A stretch of 63,630 nt of DNA, the filler included, from Choristocarpus tenellus KU-1152 (Eukaryota > Protista > Phaeophyceae): assembly GCA_964200185.2 (NCBI GenBank). It is 9 parts of 9 records of this genome, joined end to end, with 100 filler letters (N's around TTAATTAATTAA, not from the genome) between each part and the next. Parts side by side here need not be neighbours in the genome. Positions count along the whole stretch, not along the records: positions 5,396 to 21,837 come from CAXNAD020000829.1; positions 21,938 to 26,566 come from CAXNAD020013724.1; 7 more parts are not named here. One strand, given 5' to 3'. Of this stretch, positions 12,190 through 25,700 are shown one piece after another. The position numbers and the translations under genes were made by a program. Under the pieces are notes generated by a model. The model was not told the origin of the DNA, did no database searches, and was given only the letters and a program-made list of their open reading frames with translations. Position 1 is the stretch's first letter. Each line of letters opens with the position of its first letter.

Positions 12190-14322
12190 TTAGCCATCAC
12201 CCTCTGATTTGGCAACCTCTTCAGACTTCATGCTGTTCAAGCATGCCCTGATTCTCAAGCCTGGAAGATGGTGGTAGAATGCAGTGCTTTGAAGAACTTT
12301 AATAATTTCGTTTTCTTGGGTAAGCTGCAAGCCTTTCTCACGGCACAGATGCTCAACACTTGGTTGGAGCACACGGCCAACAGACATAAGCACATAGATG
12401 TCCTCTTCCCTATCAAGGAGGTGCACCACACCATCTTTCACCAATCGGTACATAGTAGCTCGAAAAAGTTCAAGCACCTTTGGTTGCAGTGTCGCCTTGG
12501 TGGTTAGTTTCCCTTCCCGGGCTGACACCAGATTTCCCAAGGTACTGCCACCCCCCCCCTCTGAAACTGTGCTATCCTTTGCAGGAATGGGCAGTCCCTT
12601 CCTATCCCAGCCCCCTCCAACACTTGATGCAGCGACTACTTGACGGGCAGTCTCTTGGAGGGAAGGTTCATCTCTGACATCTCGAGCAAACTGGAAGTGC
12701 AATTGTATTCCAGGTGGTAAGATTTCCTCCAAGGCACAAAGGTGTGACAGCATAGCGTCTCGAAAAACGAAGTCAGGGTCACAACACATTGGATTGGCCA
12801 CACAGCGGCAGTAGCCCAGGGCCTTCACATAAAGTGCCCCGCATGCACAGTGGGGTGTGTGTACATGATTCGCATCAAGCACCCGTTGTTTGTCAACATA
12901 AGCTGCCCACTGGATGGTTGAAGGTGGGAAAGGTAGGTAGATAATGCTGCAGGGTTAGATCGTGGGATGAGTAGTGGGTTCTAGGTTGTGGAAATTAAAC
13001 CAAACCTTGCAAAAGCAATGTAATTTACACTTGAAGTAATTGGTGATGCGTGGGAAAAGGTGTTTTGGAAACTCAAGGTTTATTGATCAGACCCTTGTGA
13101 TGAATTAGAGGTATATTGCCGAGCTGCAGGTTGAAAAGGAGTGAAAATGTGAAGCGCAGTACCACCTCACATCAAATGGAAGAGTGTAGACAGTCTTGGT
13201 AAGCTCCATAGCTCGAACCCAGTGCAAAACCTCTTCATTTGGGTCGGTCACACGCCTTGCTGTGACAATCATGATCTCCCTTGCCCTGATGGCGAAGTTA
13301 AAGGTAAGGAATGACCCTCAAACCAGGTTCTGTGGCACAATATTCTCTTGGAAATGCAGCAAGCGCACTCCTTACATGTATTCAGCATTTATTTCCTGGA
13401 GCACAAGATGGTTGCTAAACTGTTTTGCAGCTAAGGACGTCGTTGATTAGACCCCATTGGCTGGTGCATGACAAACCTTGCCTTACCTTACCTTATACCT
13501 TGTAGGTATCAAGATATTGTAATGCAGTGACATATATCTTATCAATCCCGACAACGTGCATTATGAGTATAATGCATACGTGGAGTCCTTACCCCTTGAA
13601 CCGCTTGAGTTTGCCCTGAACAACCAAAAGGTCGCCCAGATTGTGCCTCTCTGTATGAGCTTCACGCTTGACACCTTGGAGGTCCTGCTCGTAGTGAGTG
13701 CAAGCCAGAAAGCCCGTGCCATCGTCCAAGAGATACTTAACTGTCGGGATGGCAAGGGAAGATCAGACATCAGGATGAAAAAACATAAGTCGAGACAACT
13801 GGAACACAAACGTGAGGGCCAAGACATTGAACAAAGACCTATCGAAAAGAAGTTCCTCAACAGCTTTAGGACGGATTCAATAGAGCACTGTCACTGACCA
13901 TAGCTTCCCTTCTTCGTAGAACCAAGTTTGACATGGACCACGACCCCACAGACTTGTGCCCGACACACGGGCTTGCCGTATAGAATGTGTGAGTCCTCAA
14001 TGCCCTCAAGTGTCCCCATCCTGTGCACGTCTCTTACCAGCAATCGGGCAAAGCTCTAGCCCATTAAATAGATACGGCAGTTGTGAAGATGACGACGGTC
14101 AGAGGCATGGAACTCGATCCAAAATCTGGGAAAAGGTAAGGACTACTTTCTACTTGTGGCACAACGATGAAGGACAGAACATTGCTCACCCACCCAGAAG
14201 AGGGGGTTCAATCCCCATTCGTGAATCTTCAACCCTCTTGGCACCTCTTCCATAGAAACCCCACTGGATCCTGTTCGAGTAATGCCTACATCCTCTTCAT
14301 CCTCACCAGATTTGTCATACAT
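12190..14322 (-). CDS. STN1: CST complex subunit STN1 (exons 14194-14322, 13899-14055, 13593-13740, 13171-13285, 12190-12909; 422 aa)
   Basis: Five exons with GT-AG introns splice in frame. N-terminal OB fold: WGLNPLFWSFARLLVRDV, YGKPVCRAQVCGVVV, YLLDDGTG, LGDLLVVQGKLKRF, REI...VTDPNEEVLHW...VY. C-terminal winged-helix-like segment LFRATMYRLVKDGVVHL. An alternative in-frame start lies at 14253 (MEEVPRG). Confidence 0.9.
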
Positions 14323-14688
14323 ATTTGATGTATAGAAGGAAGGGGTTCTGAACTCATAGAATCAACGCAATATTGTTTTTCTATAGTTCGATACATTTTT
14401 TTATATCGGTTAAAATAATACGCGATACTAGATCAAAACGCTTGAGGAAAACAATACGTGGACAAGTAGATGGTGGTGAGTTGCGGGTAATACAATCCAC
14501 TACTTTGACCTGCTGACATGTCTTAGGTTTCACCATCGGAAATGCTAACATTTCCCAACACTATTGAGGAAGGAAAAGGATTTTGTGCTCCCATATAATT
14601 TTTTCAAGGGTGGTAGCTAACAGAGAGAAACCAAAGTGCACTTCTTGTTGGAACAGCCTGCCAGAATTGAGTTGCTCAACGGTTGATC
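14323..14688. promoter_or_regulatory. Putative bidirectional promoter between STN1 and the SCP2-like gene
   Basis: Only 366 bp separate the divergent start codons (14322 minus, 14689 plus). Confidence 0.5.
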
Positions 14689-16794
14689 ATGTCCACCAGC
14701 ATGAAGACGGTCTGCGAGTCCCCCGAAGAACTCGAGGTAAGAAACCTTCGAAGGTTGTCGCTTGCATGACAAATGAAGTACTTCTTATACTTCCTGAAAA
14801 TGCTCGAGTGATTACTTCGAGCCTCTTGACCTCCACTTTTTGCTATGTTACACACACTTCACCTTTTGGGCTGCTTGTACCTGAAAATAAGAAAATATGA
14901 CTCCTTTACCATTCTAATGCTTGTGAGTATTCAACTCTTAATGCTGCTACAGCAGCGGGAAATTCTGGACTTGATGCAATTTATGACCTTCGCGCATAAG
15001 GAAGACGCTGCGTATAGGGGAACTTTGCGTTTCAAGTTCGAGGGAGGGCCATCCTACTCTGTTCGCTTGGGTGGGGATGGTGCAACAGTGTTCAAAGACA
15101 TTCCCTCCGATGGTGATATTTCCTGTGAGGTGTCAATGACAATGGGAGATTTCATGTTCGTATATTCAGGGAAAGCAGGCGCGACCGACATCGCTCGACT
15201 CTGCCTTGGAGGCCGTATCAAGGTGTCATCTCCTTTTAAATTGGGCGATGTGTCAGGCTTCGCCAATAGTTTTGACTTTTCATCAGAATGTTGGACTCGG
15301 TTTTATGTTGCCAGGGACAACGGAGAATCTCTAGGGGGCACAGGAGAAGTAGGTCGTAGCATCGATTATTTCCAACAAGAAGCTGGCTCAGTCCTCTTTC
15401 CTCCTATGCGGTCTCCACCTGAGCATGGGGTCGCCGCTGGAACGAAGGCGGACTTAAGTAGACGAAGTAGAAGAGCTCAAATTAGCAATGAAACCAGTGC
15501 AGGGGTATGGCCGGGGCGACCAGTTCCTCCTCACCTTGACCCCATTCATGTAGCTTCAGGAATGCTAGGAGGGGTTCAGTCGCCACTGTTCCCGGTGCTG
15601 GTAGCTGATTTGCAGAGTGGGCACTGGCAAGTGAAGATTCTATCCCTGCTCCAGGAGTGCACCCGTTTGAGGCAGCAGGGGCGTGCAGTGTCTCCAAAGC
15701 TACCTTCAACAAAGTTGGGGTCTGAGTGGGTCGGCCCTTACTCTCCACTTGGTGATATTTGTCCTGGTTCGTCTCACCCCATACCTGTTTCTGTTCTTAA
15801 CATCCTCTCCCGTCTGGTTGAGGCACAGGCCGAAGTATCTTGGTCAGGACTACCTGGCTCCCATTTTCTTGGAAGAAATCTTAATAATAATGTTGACATA
15901 GAGGGAAAACATCAATTGGGTGGTGACACTATTGTGGCCAATCTCCTAAATGACCTTTCCTTTGAGCTTGGGGATGTTGTTGCTGACGTTGCAAAGTTAG
16001 TTCCACCTGAACTTGCCAATCTTCGGAGGCATCTAATGGGCTCAGAGCTAGCAGTGGCCCAGTGCCGGGCAGCAGACAATGGGTCCTTGGTGGGTGCGGG
16101 GGGACTGCCTTGGGATGAGCGTGCTTGTGGTGGTCCAGTTGCCAGGGTAGCTGCCCTGCGTCTGATGAACATGGAAGCTGGACTAGACCGTCGAAAGAGG
16201 GCACAATGGGATGGTCGACAAGGCATGGTGAAGCTTATGAGAGTCCTAAAGGATCAGGAGATTGCAGCAGCCCGCTCCTTTGCCAATGGCGGCTTAAAGG
16301 GGGTATTTTTGTGGCATGGATACCCTGGAATGCAACAGGGGGGAGATGATGTTACTGGGAAGAGATCAGTCTCAAAGGAGAGGAGGGGGCAAGGTGGGAG
16401 GCAATCCAATCTCCGAAACTACTCAACTAGAGCATTGAGCTCACGCCCTACTGTATCTATGAGACCTATCCCATCCCCTTCAGCTCCGTGGGTGACAGAG
16501 ACAGATGTCAGTGACTGGTCAGAAATTGGGTGGGCCCTACGGGGCCCTGCGCCAGACACACCAGCTCGTCAAAGAGTTCGCTCCTATCTGGCCCATGCAT
16601 TTGCATCCTGTGGACGAAGGCTGAGAGAACTGGCCTCCCACCCAGGGGAGTTGGAGCCAAATGAGGATGGCATTGTGGTCTTTGCAGAAACAGAGATGCT
16701 TGGTGGGCAGTTGCCCAGGAGGTTTGTGAGCACTCCTCCATCTGTGCCTTGGATTTGGGCCGGAGGTTCTTCAGCAGATGGGGAAGAAAGGTGA
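14689..16794 (+). CDS. Protein with an N-terminal SCP2 sterol-binding-like domain and a long uncharacterised C-terminus (exons 14689-14736, 14953-16794)
   Basis: Short exon MSTSMKTVCESPEELE|GTAAGA splices to tacAG|CAG in frame with the 649-aa ORF. GTLRFKFEGGPSYSVRL...SCEVSMTMGDFMFVYSGK...LCLGGRIKV fits the SCP2 pattern. Confidence 0.72.
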
Positions 16795-18121
16795 ACACAG
16801 AAGGGAGATTAGTCTGTTATGTCTATGTTTTTGTGGGTATCCTATTTGTTATCTCCCTTTACCTTGTGAGGGTTATGCAAGGTGAGGGATAGTCGAGTGC
16901 TTTAATAGTTAAAATTTTTGTGTCTCATGGGCTGACAAATTGGTTTTCCAACTCAGTGAATGTAGTGTTACTACTGAAGGCCTAACCTTGGTGTTAGTTG
17001 TTCTTTTATGCAACTTTGAAATTTTTGGGGGTCATTTTGTCCTCCTGATAGAGGAGGTGTATGTGTAGGTGTGTGAGCAGTGGCCACTTCCTCACTTGCC
17101 CTCGCACTGTAGCTTAGGAGGGATTTTGATCAAAACTTGTGATATATTTAGAGCCTGTTGTGGTACACCTTGGATTTTACCATGCTGGAGTCTTTGTTGG
17201 ATGCCTTTTTTTTACTCAGTAGGTTGTGTGTGTTGTGTGAAGAATTTTGTGAGCTACATTGCCTGCGAGGAAGTTGAAGGTTCTACCACCAAGCGGATGT
17301 ATTGGAATGGGGATCTTTCTTGTCATTGTGGCAATTACAAAGAAATGCACGTTGAAGCTTTTCTCATGGTAGGCCTTCTTCACCAAGTTGGAACATCGGA
17401 TTAAATGGAGGTAAAGTTTTCCGCAAGATTAATAGGACATGCTTAACCATGAAATAAATGCATCAAATTCATGGTTATATTTATTGCACCCACACCAGTA
17501 ATGATCCACCAGTGCCATTTGTTGGTGTGTTCCATTTGTAGACTCAAAAAGGGGCGATACTCAATTATTTCAAATGTCAGTCCAGTTGGGCTTACGGCAG
17601 TCATTTTTGAAAAAAACTGTGCAACTTGAAGTTCTGTCCTGGCAAGGAACGGTTTTGTGCAAAGTTTAAAAGAGATCATTATGATGGTACTCCAGAGTAG
17701 ACGTTAGCTTTTTTCCTCTCTTGCTCCTCCGACTTTTTGTAGTGTATAGACAGACTACAGTATTGTACGTGACGACAAGCAGCTGCAAGATATTTCGTCA
17801 AATATCGTGATTTTTTTGTGTTGTTTGGCAACACGAACATGCATTCTTCAAGACTTTCTTTCTTGTAACAAAGAAGATCTGTACATTAGAAAAGCACACA
17901 TTATATGGATGAAACTGCCACTAGGGATTCCTCACTGTCCGTAAGAGATTCGCCTGTACCTAATCGATTGCATGACTGCATACTCACTCCAAACACTGCA
18001 AATATTATTGAGTGAGTGATTCCAATGAAAATTGGCGATGGCGCACAGTATAACATGGTACCTCAAGGTGTGTCCTGATGTATCGTGTGGTAGTGACTGC
18101 ATATCATTACACTTCAATGCA

Positions 18122-19300
18122 TGTCAAGGATGCTGTATCTGTTTTTCTAACACACAAATGATCATGGTATGGGGTTTGGCAACATGGTGCTGAATGCCAG
18201 GATGTGATTATACGGTACCTTTGCCCAACTCTACACCAGATGTGGTGACAGATGTAAATTGGGTCTTCTGCACATGTTGGCTCCTCTATGATCTGCCACT
18301 GGCTAAAAAGAGGACCGATGTTCACCCTGTTCGGACTGATAATGAGAAGGTTCCTACATCATATATTTCTGAACCACAACAAGTGAAGAACGGAAAATGT
18401 GTACCAAGCGTGTGGTTCATGTGTCAATCTACGGAGCTATAGTATTGCTGCACTGCATGCGGTATTCAAGGCAGTCGCTGGTATAGTCTACCCTATCTGA
18501 TGCTAACCTCATGACATGGCCTGTGCAGCGTAAGCAGGATCCGCTAAGAAAGCTCGTCGTACTTCCAATGCTTTCTCGAACAGGTGGGTATCCAAGCCAT
18601 CCACATTCCTACATACTCTGGACCTAAGCCGCTTTCCTGTGGCACCATCCTGTAAAAAACAGAAAATAGTTATGAGGAGAACTGGGGGAGAGACCACCTC
18701 GAGTTCATGAGCTGTCAAGTTCATTCCCTCCTTTCTACCTGAGTTAAAAGAGGTTATACCATAGCTATTAACTGCTTCTTCAGGTGTCCATGGACTGAGC
18801 TTCGCATGTGAGGAAGGCCTCAGTATGCGTCCTAAGGACCAGACAAATACAGGAAGGAAGAAGGAAGCAATGTTCAGCGATGGTATATCATCCTTCTCCA
18901 GGGATAAATGGGACTGCCCTACCTCGATTTCTCCGATGAATTCAAACAGGGAGTTCTGTCGAAATTGAAATCCGGGGATAAGAGATGTGCCAACCGTCAA
19001 GGTCTCTCCTTTGTATTCAATGAAAGCCTCGTCGGTCGCTGCGTCGTAGCGTTTCAGACTGAAATTAGCGATTTTCGAGAAAGTGTTGCGAATATGTCAG
19101 AGAAAGCTTTCACGTTCGATCAAACATTAATATGTGTTGCCATGGACGAAAACAGTCTACAACAATGAGAAAGTGTACACCAGTGTCCCAGTCTCACCTT
19201 CCAAACACCCTCACAGAACCCGTCACGCCACCATAAAGAATCTCATGCACAAGGTGAATTTTTCCAGGGTGGATGGTTAGGTCCATCTGTTTCCGGTCTA
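18122..19300 (+). mobile_element. Truncated, decayed LTR retrotransposon (LTR end, primer-binding site, gag relic)
   Basis: ...cctcatgaCA is followed at 18517 by TGGcctgtGCAGCGtaAGCAGGAT, resembling a tRNA-Ser primer-binding site, then broken gag-like frames (18908-19168). The LTR start is uncertain. Confidence 0.4.
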
Positions 19301-19520
19301 GAGGAGTGGTGTCTTGGTCGTAGAAGTCCTAAAGGCTGTACAACACTACCTAGATCTCATAGAAAATGACCAAACCAAGGTTTCCTTCCCTCTTTTTCCC
19401 ACACCTCACCATCATTATACATACGTATATAATACTATTACAACCTCATACATTACAATATATACCTTGTACACCGAAATGTGCCCTGGTTCGTAGTTGG
19501 TAAATAAAACAATAAGTATA
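19300..19520 (+). mobile_element. Possible 3' end of a LINE
   Basis: ORF tail VLKAVQHYLDLIEND followed by an AT-rich 3' region ending ...ggtaaataaaacaataa. Confidence 0.3.
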
Positions 19521-20303
19521 TTTTTGTGTACATGGTTTGATTTGTCAACATAATATCATTTGTTAGATAGAAACATACATAATATATAGAGTTGTGGAGG
19601 TAGAAGTGGCATTATGGGCAATCCACCCCACCCTCCAATCACATCCACATGCATCCATACATGCTTACTCATGGGCAAGGAGTCAGTAACAATGTAGATA
19701 ATCCGCCTAAAACATCTCTGGGATGGGGAGAGAAATCGATGACTGGCACCCCCCTTTTTTTTGAGAAAAAATCATGACTGATGAGGTCTCGACTGAAGGC
19801 TCAATGGGTATGCTTGCTTATTCCAGCTAAGACTCAGTCCACTACTGATAGCTAGATGACTCCATCGATTAACATAGTAGTAGTATAGCCATCATACTAC
19901 TGAAAACAACTAGTTACTGGCTTGTGCTTACTCAATTTCGAGGGGGGACCAGAATATATTGTATACTTCGATATGCAATGGCATGCCAATAACCATATCT
20001 TTCCTTACAGAACCTGTCTAATTCTAACATCTTGTTTATTCTTTTTTGCTTGCCGTGGATATCCACCCTAACTGGAACATACTTCTAACTTCTACGTAGA
20101 ACAACACGCAAGATACGCAATATCCAGAAATTGATGTATCATCGTGGTGGGGAAACCAATTTAATCAATAGTCAGTCGAGAGATGAGCTCATCATCGACC
20201 AAGACGGTTTCACAGTGGGATGAGGAAACAAATATTTTGACGCCACATCCCCTTTAGGGCCTCAATGCATTGGACTACGTGTGAGTTCTCGCATCAGACC
20301 CAT

Positions 20304-20548
20304 TAGTGGAAGTATCTTAGAGGGTAGGAGTTTTGCCCTGTTTGTCCATTATTTGTTTTTTTTTACCATATTTTCCTTCTCTGAAATGTTTCGGAGTAGG
20401 TAAAGTGTATAGTTTATGAAAATGTGTATCCGAAACAAGGATTTTGACACTTCCTAACAAACACGATAGCCAAAATTACATCAAAATCGCAACAATGAAT
20501 TTTGGTCCCCAAATGGACGCAGCCCTACCCTCTAAGATACTTTGGCTC
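20304..20548 (-). mobile_element. MITE subfamily A with 4-bp TSD CCAT
   Basis: ccat[tagtggaagtatcttagaggg...ccctctaagatactttggctc]ccat. Confidence 0.93.
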
Positions 20549-21160
20549 CCATCCAGACCCTTTGCTTAGGAGCAAAGCATATAGACGGAAGGACCGAACT
20601 AAGGTGCGGCATGGTCGTCATGTCAGCACACCCATCCAGCACGCTAAGGGGTTGTTCTCCGCCTCACCACTGAAAGGGACAGAGTGGTCTTGCTTGTGGT
20701 GGCAGGACCAAGCACTAAAGTGTGGCAATAGGGAGTGTTAGGTTTACTGAGGTCGTTCAGTCTGGGATCGACGAGACTCATTCTTCCTCTGTGATGAGCT
20801 GCTAACAACCAAAGCGTGGCTGTTCTTGTCACATTTTCACGTCATTTTGGAGAATCTAATCCTAACCCCAACCCTAACCTTAACCCTATCCTGTGTTTGC
20901 GAAATAACTCTAACCTTCGTTTAAGGAAGTGAAAAAAGTATGACAGTGCAGTTTCCCAACACCGTGGTGATTCCCAAAGACAGGCAAATTCCCATGTATG
21001 TGCACTTCAGCAGTCAAGAAATATATGTCGTTCGGAAGTGTTTTTTTAGAAGGACACTGAACCCTGAAAAAAATTGGTCAATTTCGTTTATTTCTTCCTC
21101 ATAGTGCATTTTTTACTTGTGGTGCCGGGTTATTATCCAGTATCTCAAAAACATGACAGA

Positions 21161-21339
21161 TTGACCAAGTATCTGGGGGGGGAGGGAGGGGGTCTACACC
21201 AGGATGTCCATTTGGCCCATACACAGGAAAAGTGCACTTACGTCATCCATCCGACGTATGCAACCGAATCACCCAAAAATCGCGACATGAAAAAATTAGC
21301 CCCAAATGGACAGCCGCCACCCCCCAGATACTTTGAGTC
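21161..21339 (+). mobile_element. MITE subfamily B, full length
   Basis: Ends ttgaccaagtatctgggggg ... ccccccagatactttgagtc with inner gtccatttgg/ccaaatggac motifs; matches the fragments at 21774 and 26415. Confidence 0.82.
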
Positions 21340-21773
21340 TTTCGCCTCTTAAAACAGGTCAAGCAGTTCATTCCCCTTGCATATGCGGCGAGGACGGATA
21401 AGAAAAGTGGACATGAAGTTTAGAAAAGATAATGTGACGTTATGTGCACTAGATTGTATGTGGAAGTACCCATTCCTGGTTTCCTTGAGTGGTTGGCAGA
21501 CGAAGGGCTAGACCTGAGTCCTCCCACATTAACCATGGAAATCACTATGAGGTGCCCGGGAACTGGAAAGAAACAAACTCCAAACCAGACCCAACCTTCC
21601 TCGACCCCGCTAGCAGCCCCCCAGAATGCTCTAGTCACAAAGCAACTTTTCCTGAATAACACAACGGGGCTCTACTGCGGGTTCCCCTTGTGCCAGACAA
21701 GAAGGAAATGCCAAAGGATTGGGTTCCTCAGAATATATATTAGCCCCTACGCGATGATTGCCTCAACGGCCTT

Positions 21774-21837
21774 GGCTTAAAGTATCTGGGAGGGGGTAGC
21801 GGCTGTCCATTTGGGGTCAATTTTTTCATGTCGCGAT
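21774..21837 (-). mobile_element. MITE subfamily B fragment cut by contig end
   Basis: ggcttaaagtatctgggaggggg...gtccatttggggtcaattttttcatgtcgcgat is the reverse complement of the right end of the 21161-21339 copy. Confidence 0.82.
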
Positions 21838-21937
21838 NNNNNNNNNNNNNNNNNNNNNNNNNNNNNNNNNNNNNNNNNNNNTTAATTAATTAANNNNNNN
21901 NNNNNNNNNNNNNNNNNNNNNNNNNNNNNNNNNNNNN
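21838..21937. other. Artificial contig linker
   Basis: N44-TTAATTAATTAA-N44. Confidence 0.98.
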
Positions 21938-22138
21938 GTTGCAATTTCGATGTAATTTTGGCTATCGTGTTTGTTAGGAAGTGTCAATATCCTTGTTCCG
22001 GACACACCTTTTCATAACATATGCATTTTACCTACTCCGAAATTATTTGGAGTGGGAAAATGTCAAAAAAAACGAGGGAAGCCAATCCCCAAATGGACAA
22101 ACAGGGCAAAACTCGTACCCTCTAAGATACTTTCACTC
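21938..22138 (+). mobile_element. MITE subfamily A fragment cut by contig start
   Basis: A-type interior ending actcgtaccctctaagatactttcactc. Confidence 0.9.
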
Positions 22139-22293
22139 CTAGCCTATATTGTACAGGTTCTCTGTATTACGTTGACCCTCAAATGGCTATGAGGGGATTC
22201 AAACTTAATAGTGAAGATATTATCGGCGAGTGCCCTGCCTGACAGCAAAGAAAAAAGTCATATGCTTGGCGAGTCACCCTGTCATCATTTTTT

Positions 22294-22549
22294 CAGTCCA
22301 AGTATCCTAGAAGGGGGTGCCATTGTTTTGTCAATGAGTCTCTGCGACTGTTTTCTGAGTTACATCTCAATTTGTTCCTATATTCTCCAACCCACTGAGA
22401 AGGCACAAGTTCAAGGGGTGTTTTTCTACAAATACATCCACAAAGTCCTCATGAGGGTTACTTGAACTTGGGCCATGAAAATGGGGTGTCAGGCCTCACG
22501 TTTATAACCCCTTAACAACAATATAACCCCCTCTAGGATCCTTTTTGAC
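22294..22549. mobile_element. MITE subfamily C
   Basis: Ends cagtccaagtatcctagaaggggg ... ccccctctaggatcctttttgac, flanked by TTTT on both sides. Confidence 0.6.
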
Positions 22550-22703
22550 TTTTGACAAAATATGTGAGGTGAATGGGAAAGGGGAGATGTCTGGGAAAAG
22601 TAGAAAGTATTTCACTGCTTCATGTCTCATGACAGTTACTGCTATCTTCTTCTCCTCACGGGACAGATTGATTATATTCCCCAAACATATCTGTTCTCAT
22701 AAG

Positions 22704-25700
22704 GTGGTGCTGAAGGTTTTGGCAGGTGGATTCATGCCCTGGAAATACTTCTACAGTGCATGGAACAGTTTCGACTTTGTCATTGTGGTGGGTAGCTTCC
22801 TACCGGGTGGGGGGAACATGATAACAATGCTGAGGCTGCTAAGGCTTCTAAGGTGCAAACAGAGCTTCCAATAACAGGTGTTGGTTCTTGTTCCCAGGGA
22901 TATGTATTGGTATCGTTCAAAAGACCAAATGATATTCCAAACGTTTTTGTTACATTCTTCAGCAATATGTGGACATCCAATAACCCTCTGTTTGAGGGAC
23001 ATTTCTAAACACACTAGTGTCAATCATAGTGACAAGATATTGTACTCGAGCAAGCCATGGTGCAGTGTGTTGATGATTGAATGGGTAAGACTAGCCACTT
23101 TATATATATTTGATAATGCCATTGCTCTGGTACTGTTACTATTTTCATGGTAAATTATTTTTCTGCATCAACCATAACACTGTTTCACGCAACCCTGTTA
23201 CTAAATCCTTCAATTGCAGAGTACTGAAGTTACTGAAGTCCCTGCCTCAGCTGGCAGTGATTGTGAATGCAATGGTTATGGGTGTGAGCAGCATTGGGTT
23301 TATAGGGATCATCCTGTTCCTTGTGTTTTATGTCTTTGCCATCCTCGGGTGAGTACGTGTTTTTCGAGCAGATCACCTTGCAAGTGAAGGCAACTTATTT
23401 CAAGTGACCCATTGTATCTTAGAGGGGGGGGTGCTTATCCCAGGTTGTCCATTTGACGCTTGATGGGGTGTTGGAAGATACCCCATTTTGATTCCTGTTT
23501 ATGAGTGATTTCCTGAGCTAAAGTATCTTTGAGGGTAGGGCCACGTCCATTTAGGGGCCAAAATCCAACGTTGCGATTTTGATGTAATCTTGACTATTGT
23601 GTTTGATAGGAAGTGTCAATATTCTTGTTCCGGACACGCCTTTTCATAACGTATACAATTAACCTACTCCAAAATGTTTTGGAGTAGGAAAAGTTATTAA
23701 AACCCTGGGGGAAGTCAAGCCCCAAATGGACAAACAGGGCAAAACTCGTACCCACTAAGATACTTTCACTCTCCTTCGGATTTGGTTCAGGCAGGGGGAA
23801 GGAAAAGGAAGGTGTGTTCAGATGAAGGAAATTGCCCGTACATCTGACACGTTCACTTATATGACATGGAAATCACTACAGGTTCACACGGGCCCCAAAT
23901 GGACACCTGACCTCCCTCTAGGATAATATGGGTCCAACACAAGCTACATAGCAAGCACCAGGAATTCAAGAGTCTATGCCCCCCTTTCAACCTACATTTC
24001 AACTACAGTGTTAGGGATGATTCACTTCAGATAATATTTTGGGCTTCATCTATGTTTGTTTTCTCGAAATACCTCAAATTTGTGCTAGTCACTCTTCAAA
24101 GCAATATGCCAGAAAGCCTGCATCGCACAAGTTGAATAGGCTAAGGCCCGTGACATTATGTAGCAACAAGAGTTGAGGAATGTGATGAGATTTCTATTCC
24201 TCAGTATATTGAATAGCCACTAGGATTGCAAGAAGACACAGAACGACAGTGGAAGGTACCGGAAGGGCAGGGGGAACGCAAGAGTGCAGCAGAAGTCGAG
24301 GTGTTTTCTACATTACTACAATGAACGATACAATATGTGGATTGTTGTCTCCTGGTAAATATCACAATGCATTAACTACTCATTTCCACGGTAGTTGAGA
24401 TGAGGAACATTGAATCAAGTGTGTGTGTTCCCAAGGTAAGTTCTGACACTCATCATGTGTTCCTTCTTGTTTCTTGTAAATCCCTGGTCTTCTTCTTTAC
24501 CTGCCTGATCAGTCTTGCTTAGCTCCCTGGCATGGCACCATTGCCTGTTGGTACTCTGTCCCATTAAATCGTGACCACTTTGTGCACGATCAGCTGGGTC
24601 TTCTTGTTCTTGCCACACAGAAGTTGTACGCTGCACACCAATCTCCAAACCTCAGAGTGAGATGCCGCATATTCCTTTAACTTCATTTCAATTGGACTAC
24701 TCTCTAACCCTAGTTCCAGGGGCATCATTCCCTTATCTTGGGTAAGCAAAACATCATACCCAGCGCCAATAGATATTCCGGCCAGGGGTTGATAGATAAG
24801 GAAGTGCTAACAAAGACACCATGAATTCATATACTGCAGCTTACATCCTCTTCTGTCTAAGGCCTTTGATTCATTAACAGGATGAGTCAAGTCCTTCCCA
24901 CATAAAGATTAAATACAGATATTCCATTGCATGTCCTTATCTCTTACAAGTATAGAATTGTAATTGTGTGTCAGGCTAGTGCCTCTATTATTTCTGTTAT
25001 GATCTTGGTACACAACTACATTCCATGCATTGCTCAGACCGCGAGGACATAGGCTAACCATATGGAATTTCTGTCATATCTCTTATCATACATGCAATTT
25101 TAGGATGATTCTCTTCAAGACAAACGATCCATGGCACTTTGGGTCTCTCCACATTTCCATGATTACTCTGTTTCGGTGCTCAACGCTAGAGGATTGGATG
25201 GATGTACTCTACATCAATATGTGGGGTTGTGACAGGCACGAAAGCTAGACAACGTTCTAGGTCATGTGTGGTGAAGAACTGGTGTGTCATACCATTCACG
25301 GCTTAGATCTAGCAAAGAATGATAATTTAGAAGTACGTTAAGAACTGTTGAGAATTGTAAGTGGCCTCATAAATTGCCTACCCTTCTACCCAGCGTTGTG
25401 ACAATAACTACTGCCGATGGATACAAGAGCACAAAGGATTCAAGGATAGAGTAGAGGCATCTCATGCTTAGCTTAACTGAACATATTACACACCTAGTTG
25501 TCAGTGAAAACAAAAGAATGTGGTAATGTGTCTGCAAGTCGTTCCCAGCCTCAAGGACAGACACACTTGACTATCTATTGTGGCACCAATGCCATGCTAA
25601 AATCATGACTGACTGCAATGTCAGAAATATAGCTGAGAGATCGTCTTTTTGGAATTACAATAACGCCTTCTGTAGTCTGCACCTTCACCTTCTACGTTCC

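Noticed and set aside
14845-14952. Hydrophobic signal-like N-terminus of the 649-aa ORF
   Set aside because: It lies within the inferred intron 14737-14952; the likely start is at 14689.
21774-22138. A single MITE spanning the gap, implying the two contigs are adjacent
   Set aside because: The left piece is subfamily B and the right piece is subfamily A.
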